This document shows, in pieces, positions 1 to 10,055 of a stretch of DNA of 64,000 nucleotides. Positions within the stretch are counted from its first letter, which is position 1. The number at the start of each line of letters is the position of its first letter. The notes below the pieces were generated by a model. The model worked only from the letters and a program-made list of their open reading frames with translations. It was not told the DNA's origin and did no database searches. This DNA comes from Schmidtea polychroa (Eukaryota). The stretch lies in NCBI GenBank assembly GCA_044892525.1, contig CM097885.1:16990001-17054000 (forward strand), written 5' to 3'. The translations under genes and the position numbers were made by a program.

Positions 1-11
1 AACTTGAAATT

Positions 12-515
12 ATGAGAGTAAAAGAATTTAAATCAGAAACCTTACATTTACAAGATTTATTAAAGCATTATAAAAAAATTAAAAATAGATGGAATAAAGG
101 GAATACAGTTTTAAAAGTTATAGGTTATTCTTTAGGATTTGCATCTGCAATATTAACAGTTATTTTACCCATAACTTTACCAGTTTTAACACTTGCGCCA
201 GTAATACTTGGAAGTATTTCTGTAGCTGATGGTTTCTTAACTGAAATAGTTTCATTATCTTATACTTCTAAAAAGAAAAGTTTATATAGAGAAGTTTGTT
301 TATCAATAGAATTAGGAATCTCTAAATTATTTTTATTTCAATTAAAAGCTTTGGAAGATGGAATCCTGACAGACGAAGAAATAATGAAATCAAATCAAAT
401 AATACAAGATATAAAGAATGAGGTTATAAGATTAAAAAGGGAGGGCATGGTGGCTAATGTTATAAGTAATAAAAAAACATCTCGAGAAAAATGGTTAAAG
501 AATTCTTACTTATAA
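12..515 (+). CDS. Polinton accessory protein with a hydrophobic two-helix segment
   Basis: 167-aa ORF with hydrophobic stretch VIGYSLGFASAILTVILPITLPVLTLAPVILG between basic regions; convergent with the PolB genes. May start upstream of the window. Confidence 0.55.
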   Translation: MRVKEFKSETLHLQDLLKHYKKIKNRWNKGNTVLKVIGYSLGFASAILTVILPITLPVLTLAPVILGSISVADGFLTEIVSLSYTSKKKSLYREVCLSIELGISKLFLFQLKALEDGILTDEEIMKSNQIIQDIKNEVIRLKREGMVANVISNKKTSREKWLKNSYL

Positions 516-609
516 AATGGGTGTATTTTTAAAAAAGTAGATCAGGTTGCTATAGTTGCTTAAATTAATTGTCGACATTTTATTATTAAAAAATTAAATA
601 TCGTTGGTT

Positions 610-1164
610 TCAGTTATGGTTGAAAGCCAACCTATGAATCATTAATTTATGATCTTTAAATTCTTTATCACTTAGACCTTTCATATATTCAGGATCAGTA
701 TTAAAATATTTAAGTTCTAAACATATAGGATTAAAAACTTGAGAATATAAAGGTTTCTCGATTTCTCTCTCGGGATAAATAATTTCAACATTATAAATAT
801 CAAGATCAGTAATCTTTGTATCATATAACTTATTCAACTTTTCTAGATTTTTTATTATAGGGATTAAATTATTTCCAATAGGTAGAGTTGTCTTTAAATC
901 ACTTAGTATGAATCTCTTATCATCATAATTTGATAATGATACTTTTTGAGATTCTATCAAGTGAATATCATGGTTTTCACTTTTAAGTTGATGTATTTCA
1001 TCAATTTTATCTTTATGATTTGGATTCAATGTATCTATATAATCTTGATGAGAAAGATTCTTTGCAACCACTCTCTGTATTCCTTTACATCTGTTATCCT
1101 TTAAATTAGTAATATTTTTTATAATTTCAAAAATGTTATTTTCTTGATTTTTAGTTTCCATCAT
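610..1164 (-). CDS. Stand-alone duplicate of the PolB C-terminal region (184 aa)
   Basis: KGIQ...NYDDKRFILSDLKTTLPIGN...ELKYFNTDPEY is shared with the last ~165 aa of the 1189-5568 ORF. It has its own ATG just after the PolB stop. Confidence 0.8.
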   Translation of the reverse strand: MMETKNQENNIFEIIKNITNLKDNRCKGIQRVVAKNLSHQDYIDTLNPNHKDKIDEIHQLKSENHDIHLIESQKVSLSNYDDKRFILSDLKTTLPIGNNLIPIIKNLEKLNKLYDTKITDLDIYNVEIIYPEREIEKPLYSQVFNPICLELKYFNTDPEYMKGLSDKEFKDHKLMIHRLAFNHN

Positions 1165-1188
1165 TTTATAGTGTTAAAATTCTAATTC

Positions 1189-4100
1189 TTAGACCAGTCG
1201 TAATTGATTTATAATTATTTCTGCAGTAATGCTTTTTAACATTAATTTATGTGATTTAAAGTCTTCTGGTGTTAGTCCTTGGATATATTCAGGATCAGTA
1301 TTAAAATATTTAAGTTCTATAGGTTTTATATTTTGAACTTGATTATATAAAGGTTTAGGAATTAATATTTCAGGATATTGGATTTCTACTTTAGCAAGTT
1401 GAAGGTCTGTAATCTCTAGGTTATAAATTTCATTTATTTTATCAAGATTTTTTATTATAGGGATTAAATCATTTCCAATAGGTAATGTTGTCTTCAAGTC
1501 AGAAAGTATAAATCTTTTATCATCATAATTTGTTATAGCAATCTTGTTACACTCTTCAAGATATATATTATGTTTCTCTGATTTAAGATGATGGGTTTTA
1601 GCAATTTTATTTTTATAATTTATATTTAATGAATCTTTATACTCTTGATGTGTGAAGGTTTTTGACACTGATTTTTGAATTCCTTTACTTTTATTTTCTT
1701 TATAGCTTTTCGGGTTTTCAGGGAATGAAGGATATTCAAATGTGTGATCTATTTCAACAGATCCTTCTCCCTCCCCTATTATAAATTTTATTGTATGCTC
1801 TTTCATAATTGGTTTGTCTTTCATTTCAAGAGAATATTGTTTAGGTCTAATAAACACTCCTCCACTTATTGGAGTATTTGGTTTTTCATCTTTAAAAGTA
1901 AATAATTCTCCAGAGTTGTTTATTAATTTATTTAAGGTTTCGTTTTCACTTATTTCCTTTTTTAAATCTTTACTATGACCTTTTAAAAACATACTATCAG
2001 TGTCCATAGCATGCATGGATATTCGATCTCCAAAATGTGGTACTAGAACATCATAGTAGGCTTCATACATTTGAAGCTTTGAAAGTTCTAAAATTGAAAA
2101 CCCTATAAAGATTGGTTTATTATAAGTTTTTACAGAGTTTTTAATCTCTATGGCTATAAGGTTACTAGAGAATATCTCGGCATTTTTAAATGTGGGCTTT
2201 CCAATTATCCGGTTGTACCTATTAAGGTCTTTGGATGTATTGGTCAAAAGCTCTACACGTGTGTACTTGTCTATATTCTCCATGGTCTTTCCAAAGACCG
2301 CATTGTTCAGGAGTTTGTAAATCATATCAAGAAATGCATTTCCAGCTCTCTTTGCTGCATTTCTTTTCAAAATATTTCCCTCTATGAATTTTTTCATAAA
2401 AGGGGCTTGTCGAAATTTAATAATGGAATGTACTTTTTTTAAAACCATTCCATGGGAGAGATAAAACTGAAGGAGTCTATAATGACAAAGGTAATCAGTT
2501 TTATCGGTCTGATCGCATAAAAGTTTTATACAGGGCGATCTATCCTGAGCCATCTGCCAGTCTGAAAGTTCTTCAGTCGAGATCTTTCTTCTTACTGGAG
2601 CAAATGGAAAGAATCTTGTCCTGGATTTTATTTCATTGGGATATTCAAGATCGCATTCTATGACATATCCAAATTGAGAATCTTTTGGTGTTTTTAGAAT
2701 TTCTTGTATTAATTCCTCAGTGGGCTCTTCCCAGGTGAACTTGCCAATTGGAAGGTATTGAGTCATTACTCCCGCATATAAAGCTGTTGCATCTATATAC
2801 ATTATTTCAGAAGGATTAGAAAGACCTTCCATTATTTCCTTACGATCTTCTGGGTTTGTTATTTCTACATATAGAGCATCAGGATCTTTGAAAAATTTAG
2901 GATAAAGAGTTGTAAAATTATTAGCATTTATTTCTCTATTCCCTTGTACTGAAGAAATACCTCCTCTAATATTATGTTTATATACATTAAACATATCAAG
3001 CTCAACTAATAATTCAATAGTTTTATTTCTTACTGCTACATCTTCATCAGTCCATATGGTATATAATAATATATCCCAAGCTAGAGAGGGAGCGGTTATA
3101 TAATTATAAGGTTTTAATTCAAAAGCTTTTGAAAATGTCTCGAAGCAATCAGCTAAGATATAAACATCCAAGGAAAGATACATGTCAGTATATTCTCCAA
3201 GGTTTCTACAGTTGAATAGATTCCACATTTTAACTGCACGGGAATATTCCTGATCAGAAATCCCTGATTGTGTTAAAACAGAAAAGAAATCTTCTTGGGG
3301 TGGGAGTAATTCATTATATTTTTCAAAGGAGTCTATATAATCATATGGATAGATTCCTTTTGCTAGACAGGTATTATATTCCTCTAATGGAATATTGTTT
3401 TTTAATAACACATGTTCTTTTGTATATTTAAAATCCTCAGGGTTCATAGTTTTAGCAATCCCATCCAAAGACATCCCTAAGAAATTTAACGAGTCCAAAA
3501 ACTTAAAGCATCCATATTGAATGCTTTTATATTTTTCTTTTGTAAGTCCAATAACCTTGAAAGAGTTTTTAGCATTTGCGGCCAGATGCTTAATGAATAG
3601 GTGAATATCATAGCCAAAAAGATTGTGAAATATAAATGGTATGTGTGTTGGTTTTTTACAATTGAGATTACATTTTTTATGGGCTGCTCCTCTGTAATTA
3701 TTTTCTCTTTTAAAATGATCATGGTCTGCAACCTTTGGCTCCTCATCCTCAAACTCTTGTTTACACATCCAGCAGTGTGTTGCATTTTTATATTCTTCCT
3801 CTTGTTCTTCTGAAAAATTCATAGGAAAGTTGGATTTTAATATTATATATAATTCATGTTCTAGATTATTTAAAGTTTTAACAAAATGATCTAGAGTCTC
3901 TTTGTCAGAAGTTCCTCTAAATGAATATTCTCTAGATTCTACAAGTTCTGGATAATTACTTTTAAAAAACATTTTATAAGCAGAGGGTATTTGTTTTGTT
4001 AGTTTTACAGTATTAGTTTTTGTTCGTCTTAGTTTTACATTTATAGCTTCAAAATCACAATAAACCACTCCCAATGCTTCTAATAGATTGGAATAGTTTT

Positions 4101-5568
4101 TAAACCTCATATTAGCATTTTTCTTGTGTGGCATTTTTATTAAAGCAGGTTGATTCTTACAACAGAGTCTCTCATGTTTAATAGCAGCAAGTTTTGAACT
4201 TGAATGATATAAACATCTTTTACAACATATGCCTCCACGAATGAGTGTGTTTCCTTTCATAAAACTTTGAAAATTCTTTATTAAGATATAATGAAGTTTT
4301 TTATCTAACATAGTGCCTCCGGACGCAGTGCTTTCTGCTTCTGGTTCTAATGAAATGCCTTCTTCTGCTTCTCTCCTCGGGTGAACGCTTTGAACCTCTT
4401 CACCATATTCTTCTCCATCAAAGTCTTCATCTGGTTTACCTTCTTCTAATATTAAAAGATCTACTTCTCTCTTTTCATCTGAGATTTCCATGTTAGAAAT
4501 GTAAATAGGAATAATGTGTTTATAATTTTTATTTTTTCTAGTTTTTGTAATTTTGGTTGGAATGAATTGATAAATATTAATTTTAAGATTATTTAATTTT
4601 TCAAATGCTGGAACATCTTCAATTTTCATTGGGTGGGAAAAATCTTTTGGATAAATTAATTCAGATTCATATTCTTCATATTTTTGAACTCTCTGTGGGT
4701 TAGTTGCTTGAGGATGTAAGTGTGCAAGTATTGACCATTGAAAACATTTATTATCTTTATTCTGTACATTAATAACATGGTTGGAGGTGAATGGTGTGTG
4801 AATAAAAGATTTAGGATTTGGTGGTGCGCCTCTCCAGTATTCAATCTCTATATTTTGAAAAGAGTGGAATCTTAAATTAGATTCTCCTAGTTCTTGTTCC
4901 ACCTGTTCTTGTTTTTCTTCCAATTCTTTAGCTATATCATTAACAAGTTTATTTCCTGCTTTTGTAGAAAATAAATATTTATATGAGGTTTCAATTTTTA
5001 CATCTAGAGGCATTGCGATTGAATCATCTCCTCTCCAGTATTTTGCATTTCCTGTAAATTTAACTTTTATAACATTAAATCTTGATCTACCAAATTTTTT
5101 TATAGCATCATCCATTGATGATATTATTTTTTTTTTATTTTCTCTTATATATTGCATGATTGATCTGGGTCCTCGTTTTACTTCTGCAATTACATCGGTG
5201 TGATTGAAGTCATCCCAATTAAACTCTAGTTTTTCAGCTTTTTCAGTCATTGAGTTTGAATCAGAATCTTTTGCTTCAAGACCACAATCTTCTATGTGTC
5301 TTAAGTAAAAAGATTTTATCCTCATCGTTTTTCCACATGCTGAACATTCGAATATTTCTCTGTTTTTAGGAACTCCAATACAATTTTTAAAATGCTTCTT
5401 ATAACCTGAAAATAAATATCTATCCTTACATTTAGTACAGATTTTGGAATTAGTGTCATCTAGTGTGTTAGCTTTTATTAAATGGTCTTTTGATTTTTTA
5501 TGAGATGTTAAAGCAGTTTTATTTTTAAAATTTTTTTCACAAATTTCACAATTGAAAATAGCTTCCAT
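1189..5568 (-). CDS. Protein-primed family B DNA polymerase (Polinton type) with N-terminal C2H2 zinc fingers and an HNH/Endonuclease VII insertion
   Basis: Exo motifs YCDFE and FHNLFGYD; CWMC...DHDH...RGAAHKKCN; polymerase motifs YIDATALY, KLLNNAVFGK, MDTDS; C-terminal DDKR. Uninterrupted 1459 aa. Confidence 0.95.
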   Translation of the reverse strand: MEAIFNCEICEKNFKNKTALTSHKKSKDHLIKANTLDDTNSKICTKCKDRYLFSGYKKHFKNCIGVPKNREIFECSACGKTMRIKSFYLRHIEDCGLEAKDSDSNSMTEKAEKLEFNWDDFNHTDVIAEVKRGPRSIMQYIRENKKKIISSMDDAIKKFGRSRFNVIKVKFTGNAKYWRGDDSIAMPLDVKIETSYKYLFSTKAGNKLVNDIAKELEEKQEQVEQELGESNLRFHSFQNIEIEYWRGAPPNPKSFIHTPFTSNHVINVQNKDNKCFQWSILAHLHPQATNPQRVQKYEEYESELIYPKDFSHPMKIEDVPAFEKLNNLKINIYQFIPTKITKTRKNKNYKHIIPIYISNMEISDEKREVDLLILEEGKPDEDFDGEEYGEEVQSVHPRREAEEGISLEPEAESTASGGTMLDKKLHYILIKNFQSFMKGNTLIRGGICCKRCLYHSSSKLAAIKHERLCCKNQPALIKMPHKKNANMRFKNYSNLLEALGVVYCDFEAINVKLRRTKTNTVKLTKQIPSAYKMFFKSNYPELVESREYSFRGTSDKETLDHFVKTLNNLEHELYIILKSNFPMNFSEEQEEEYKNATHCWMCKQEFEDEEPKVADHDHFKRENNYRGAAHKKCNLNCKKPTHIPFIFHNLFGYDIHLFIKHLAANAKNSFKVIGLTKEKYKSIQYGCFKFLDSLNFLGMSLDGIAKTMNPEDFKYTKEHVLLKNNIPLEEYNTCLAKGIYPYDYIDSFEKYNELLPPQEDFFSVLTQSGISDQEYSRAVKMWNLFNCRNLGEYTDMYLSLDVYILADCFETFSKAFELKPYNYITAPSLAWDILLYTIWTDEDVAVRNKTIELLVELDMFNVYKHNIRGGISSVQGNREINANNFTTLYPKFFKDPDALYVEITNPEDRKEIMEGLSNPSEIMYIDATALYAGVMTQYLPIGKFTWEEPTEELIQEILKTPKDSQFGYVIECDLEYPNEIKSRTRFFPFAPVRRKISTEELSDWQMAQDRSPCIKLLCDQTDKTDYLCHYRLLQFYLSHGMVLKKVHSIIKFRQAPFMKKFIEGNILKRNAAKRAGNAFLDMIYKLLNNAVFGKTMENIDKYTRVELLTNTSKDLNRYNRIIGKPTFKNAEIFSSNLIAIEIKNSVKTYNKPIFIGFSILELSKLQMYEAYYDVLVPHFGDRISMHAMDTDSMFLKGHSKDLKKEISENETLNKLINNSGELFTFKDEKPNTPISGGVFIRPKQYSLEMKDKPIMKEHTIKFIIGEGEGSVEIDHTFEYPSFPENPKSYKENKSKGIQKSVSKTFTHQEYKDSLNINYKNKIAKTHHLKSEKHNIYLEECNKIAITNYDDKRFILSDLKTTLPIGNDLIPIIKNLDKINEIYNLEITDLQLAKVEIQYPEILIPKPLYNQVQNIKPIELKYFNTDPEYIQGLTPEDFKSHKLMLKSITAEIIINQLRLV

Positions 5569-5712
5569 TTTTAAAAGAATCTTTTGGTTGGATACGATGT
5601 TTTGGTTTTGATATTAATTTTTATTTTTTTTAAATCTAAAAGTGATCAGGCGACCTAGATCATTATGAATTAGGTAATCTGATATTCTTATAACATTAAA
5701 TCCTTAAGACCA

Positions 5713-5958
5713 AGTAGTGAGGAATCTATGCACCCCGTTACCTTTTCTCGGAATTACTAATCTATAAATACATCTATTCCGAACTTTTTTACTTTTAAGG
5801 GAAGAAATTAAGGGTTAATGGCAATAGGGGACAAAGTTTAAAAGTTAAAAAAAGTGAAGAATATGGGGTAAAAAAGCATATAAATGTGGAAAATATGGGT
5901 CAATAGCGCTGTTTTTTTTGAGGGTTGGGGTGCTGGGGTGCATAGATTCCTCACTACT
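5713..5958. repeat. 24-bp perfect inverted repeat pair at the end of element 1
   Basis: AGTAGTGAGGAATCTATGCACCCC at 5713-5736 and its reverse complement at 5935-5958. Confidence 0.9.
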
Positions 5959-6536
5959 ATTGGTTTAATCTTCAAACCTCAACAAAATACGATTTTCACC
6001 AAAAAACCTGTCTGTAAATAATAGGAACGTTTTTTTGCTTGCTTAGATAACTAAGGAAAATATCTTTTTTACCAAAATTATTGAAGGGGCTTATAATTTT
6101 CATTCATTTATAATTTTTTTAGAAGAGTGCTGTAATTTTTAGAACTTTGATATATGTAATAAAGGAAAATGTGAAACAGTGAAAATTAATTATTTTCTGT
6201 AATTCAAGTTATTTAATTGTCAAGTGAGTGTATACAATTAACTATTATAATCTATTATAACTATTAATCTAAAATTTCATTTTACTCATTTTTGATCTGA
6301 GAAAATTTCTTTTTATTTTATAGCCCAATATGTCTGAGAAGAGAAGAAAAACTTCTTTTAATGTAAACTACACGACTGAATTTCCATTTATAACGAAAGT
6401 GGCACATGATGACTCCAAAGCGTATTGCGCAATATGCTGTACAAAATTCTCAATTTCCTCTGGCGATCAACATGCTGATAGCAAACGCCATAAAGCATCT
6501 CTAGAAGCTGGATCATCTAGCAAGAAAGTCAGCGAC

Positions 6537-6700
6537 AGTAGATGGATTGGGCACCGCTGGCACAGTACCCCCCCCTCTCCTCCCCCCGTCGGTAAGATTT
6601 TCAAAAATATTCTAAGTCTAAAAGTACATTTTTTTCAAGGTCAAATTTAAACAAAGACATATGACTCATCAAGGTCATTGAAACAAAGACCATGACTCAT
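6537..6700 (+). repeat. Left TIR of Polinton 2
   Basis: Near-perfect reverse complement of ~20715-20880 with a few substitutions. Confidence 0.95.
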
Positions 6701-6926
6701 TCAAGGTCATTTTCAAGGTCATATGACTCATTCAAGGTCATTCCCGAGGTCATATGACTCATTCAAGGTCATTCTCAAGGTCATATGACTCATACTATGA
6801 CTCATCAAAATTTTCAAGGTCATTTTCAAGGCACCTGAGTCATCCTATGACTCATCAAGGTCATTTTCAAGGTCGCATGACTCATCCAAGGTCATATGAG
6901 TCATCGCGATGAGTCATCAAGGTCAT
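6635..6926. repeat. Subterminal tandem array of TGACTCA and TCAAGGTCA units
   Basis: About 11 TGACTCA/TGAGTCA and about 10 YCAAGGTCA motifs, counted by eye. Confidence 0.9.
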
Positions 6927-7182
6927 ATTATTATTTTTAAAAAATATTATTATTTTTTCAAAGTTCCCGTCAATGAAAATTAATAATCGATAGCTCATTT
7001 TAAAGCTCAATCCAAGGCCTTTCGAATGAGCCATATATCTTGTTATTAAGATTATTATTTCTAAAGATATTATTATTAATCTATATACACAGAGTCTATC
7101 CGACAAAATATTTTGTCCCCCTATGGGTAATGCTCACAAGGGTACTGGTCACGCTCAACAAATCAACAAAACATACATTTAT

Positions 7183-7683
7183 TTAAACAATAAAATAATG
7201 TAAAATTAACAAAGGCAAACTAAATATTGATGTACTACTATTCGCAGCAATATTGTTAGAAATTGGTAACGATGAATTGATTTTCAGATATTCTATTGAT
7301 CCTTTGATTGTTTGAATTTCTCTTAATAATAATTCAATCTTTTTTAACAAATAATCATGCTTCTTATCAATAATTTTCATATTCTTTTTATTTTCAACAA
7401 TAGAGTTATTGAAAACTTCAATATGATCAATCAATTTAATTTTTATATTTTGTATATATGCAAATGATAGTTCATAACTGTTTTCTAAATTCTCCAATCT
7501 TTGAGATATTCTTTTTCCTGGATGCTTTGACCATTTTGGTTTGTCGAGAATATATAAAATATCCATCAACTTGGCAGTATTCGGACAAACACATATTGAT
7601 TTATTAAAAGACTCTACTGTTATTGTTGTATTGTGTGAGCACACACTCGTTATAATAATTAGCAATATGAATATAGTTTTCAT
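7183..7683 (-). CDS. Putative secreted or GPI-anchored coiled-coil glycoprotein
   Basis: Signal peptide MKTIFILLIIITSVCS; N-glycosylation sequons NTT, NKS, NNS, NSS x2; heptad-rich middle; Ser/Ala spacer then hydrophobic C-terminus IFSLPLLILHYFIV. Confidence 0.7.
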   Translation of the reverse strand: MKTIFILLIIITSVCSHNTTITVESFNKSICVCPNTAKLMDILYILDKPKWSKHPGKRISQRLENLENSYELSFAYIQNIKIKLIDHIEVFNNSIVENKKNMKIIDKKHDYLLKKIELLLREIQTIKGSIEYLKINSSLPISNNIAANSSTSIFSLPLLILHYFIV

Positions 7684-7783
7684 GGTGTATCAAATCCTTT
7701 CTTTTACATTTATAGTCTATCAACCAATCAAAATCATACGGTATTAGTATAAATAAAACATCATATTTTAAATTATTGTAAAA

Positions 7784-8298
7784 ATGTCTCATTTTATGGA
7801 AAATCTTTTAAGAGAACTCGTCAACAAGAATATTATGGAAAGCCTCTGTTTCCTGGTCGATCGGACCGAAAAGATCATAGAAGGTAATCACATTGATTAT
7901 GATGATGTGATCAATTCCGATTGTCTCGAAACCAAAAAATTCTATTTTAATAGGATTTTTAACTACCTATGCGACGAGGAGATGAAGTGGACCCGAATAC
8001 TAGTAGGGTTCGCTTATATGAAGATAATAATTGAAAAAAGTCTATGGGACTCCGAGCACTATTATCAGTGGTCTCAAGAAGTAATACTTTTATAATCTAT
8101 ATTTTATTAATATTTATTTTCTAGATAATCAAGTCAAAGTTTCAACCATGGATTGAAGCCAATGGCGGATGGGGCGTACTCAATCAACTCGCCAGAAATG
8201 CAAAAGAAATAGACGATCAGAAAAGAAAATTTAAAAACTATATTAAACTTGCAACAGGTGTTGCTATTTTGTATGTTTTATGTCGGTTTTTTAAATAA
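7784..8298 (+). CDS. Two-exon Bcl-2 family homolog (7784-8080 + 8125-8298, 156 aa)
   Basis: BH1-like EMKWTRILVGFAY; 44-nt phase-0 intron GTAATA...TTCTAG; exon 2 gives BH2-like PWIEANGGWG and tail anchor IKLATGVAILYVLCRFFK, then an AATAAA signal. Confidence 0.85.
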
Positions 8299-8375
8299 AA
8301 ATTAATATAGTTATTTTGTTTGATTTTTAAATAAAATTTTAAATAAATTTACAAACACTAATTAACTAAAATTTA

Positions 8376-8678
8376 TTAATTAACACATTCGCAGTCGTCA
8401 TCTCCACATTTCATTATATTTTCAACGACATGATCAATACAATCATTCGTAATATTATCTTTAGATTCGTCTTTAGGTTCCTCTATAGGTTCATCTATAG
8501 GTTCATCTATAGGTTCATAGATTTCCTCATCAATTTCTTGAGTATTGGTTTCTTGAGTTTCTTCCTCATCATCAAATCCTGTATCTTGACTCTCAACTAT
8601 CCAGCCGATATTTAAGGCATTTGTAATAGATAATATGTCCTCAATTTTCACACCAGCTATTTCTGCTAACTTTTCCAA
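8376..8678 (-). CDS. Acidic Polinton protein with EPID/EPIE repeats (probably a last exon)
   Basis: 100-codon acidic frame without an ATG start; true 5' end not determined. Confidence 0.5.
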   Translation of the reverse strand: MEKLAEIAGVKIEDILSITNALNIGWIVESQDTGFDDEEETQETNTQEIDEEIYEPIDEPIDEPIEEPKDESKDNITNDCIDHVVENIMKCGDDDCECVN

Positions 8679-8887
8679 AAAAAAGTTGATTAAAAATTCT
8701 AAATAATAAATAATTCGGTAATTAATTAATCATGTTAACCTTTTTCTGCAGTCATTTTCATCACTTTAAAACTAAATTATAAGTTTGTTTATAGATTTTC
8801 TTTGTTAAATTTGCATGTCATTTGCATTTATGTTGCAATTAATAAAGAAAAAAACAAATCTGACTAATACATTTATCAAATATAACA

Positions 8888-9298
8888 TTAAAATATTTGT
8901 GAAAGTCTAGCAGACATAATTTTCCAAATAGGAGAATATACATCATTATTATCAACTTTATATCCCTGGATTGCAATTGTTATATACCAATTTTCATTTC
9001 CTTTGAAACTGATTTCATCAAAAGCATCATAAAATCTTGCATATCTATTGTTGAACCATGCATGTTGATTACACGATAGATTCGAATCTATCCGTTTAAA
9101 AACATCATCAATAGTTTTGACATCAATCATTGAAAGCGTGCCGGATAAGAATTGAAATTTAGTTGGAATTAGCTTGACTGGTGCAACCAATTTCATATTG
9201 ATTTCTTCTTTCAAAAAATACATTTTGTAGTTGTGAAACATTTGAACTGGTTGTACCATTTCTTTAGGTTTTTCGGTGCTTGAAATTTTCTTGGTCAT
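8888..9298 (-). CDS. Hypothetical Polinton protein (136 aa)
   Basis: ATG-initiated ORF of normal complexity, preceded on the minus strand by TATA- and CCAAT-type motifs at 9333-9367. Confidence 0.6.
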   Translation of the reverse strand: MTKKISSTEKPKEMVQPVQMFHNYKMYFLKEEINMKLVAPVKLIPTKFQFLSGTLSMIDVKTIDDVFKRIDSNLSCNQHAWFNNRYARFYDAFDEISFKGNENWYITIAIQGYKVDNNDVYSPIWKIMSARLSQIF

Positions 9299-9686
9299 CG
9301 TGAATAATGAATAAATTTAAATGTTACAGGGTTTTTATACCTTTGACTCATGCCTATCAACCAATCAGATTATAGCATGTCTTTGTTTAAATTGCATTCA
9401 AAATGCATTGATGTTGCATTGTCACATGTTTTGTTATATGTTCTATTTACAGATTTATTATTTATGTGTTTTATTATTAATGTTTAAATTATTACATGTT
9501 TTGTTATATATTCTATTTACAGATTTATTATTAATGTGTTTCATTATTATTAATGTTTTTTTTACTATTATTATTACTATTCATATTTCTATTATTACTA
9601 TTTCTATTATTATTATTACTATTATTATTATTACTATTATTTATTACTATTTCAAATATAAAAACACAACAGTTACAAAAATACAT

Positions 9687-10055
9687 TTATTCATATCCAA
9701 GATCTACAATCCGGGAGTAGTGAAACCTTCGCAGAGTTTTCACTAACTCCCATTCGACATATCGCCGATATCGATCGGCACAGCATGAGCATCCGATGAT
9801 GCACTGGTACTCCGGCTCCAATTGTTTGATGGTTCTGTTTATCTTTATATCCCACAAGAACTGGTGAAATACCTCCATTATTCTAATTTGAGTTGTGTAG
9901 AAAATGAGGTCCGGAATTATTTCTGCTTCTCGATCCTTGATAATTTCAATAATTTGAGGATAATAATATTTTATCCTATTGATCATAACTTCTAAATATT
10001 TTTCTAAAATAATAAATAGTAAATAATGTGAAAATAAAAAATTAAAATTTACCAT
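9687..10055 (-). CDS. Hypothetical Polinton protein with a Cys cluster (CIIGCSCC), probably spliced
   Basis: ORF with a T-rich, intron-like 5' part ending TTTTAG near 10004; coding-like 3' part. Confidence 0.45.
   Translation of the reverse strand: MVNFNFLFSHYLLFIILEKYLEVMINRIKYYYPQIIEIIKDREAEIIPDLIFYTTQIRIMEVFHQFLWDIKINRTIKQLEPEYQCIIGCSCCADRYRRYVEWELVKTLRRFHYSRIVDLGYE

Larger units (their letters stand above)
1..5958. mobile_element. Maverick/Polinton-type element 1 (right part only; left end is outside the window)
   Basis: Contains an intact protein-primed PolB. Ends in ...CTCACTACT at 5958, matching the AGTAGT...ACTACT terminal motif of Polintons. The exact end is inferred; no TSD can be checked. 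Confidence 0.7.

Noticed and set aside
6330..6650. 106-aa ORF as a stand-alone gene (likewise 20688-21128 and 20722-20988)
   Set aside because: Chimeric reads across the hAT/Polinton junctions and TIRs.
6660..6926. CRISPR-like array
   Set aside because: Degenerate tandem units without unique spacers, no cas genes, eukaryotic context. The same applies to 15626-15978.
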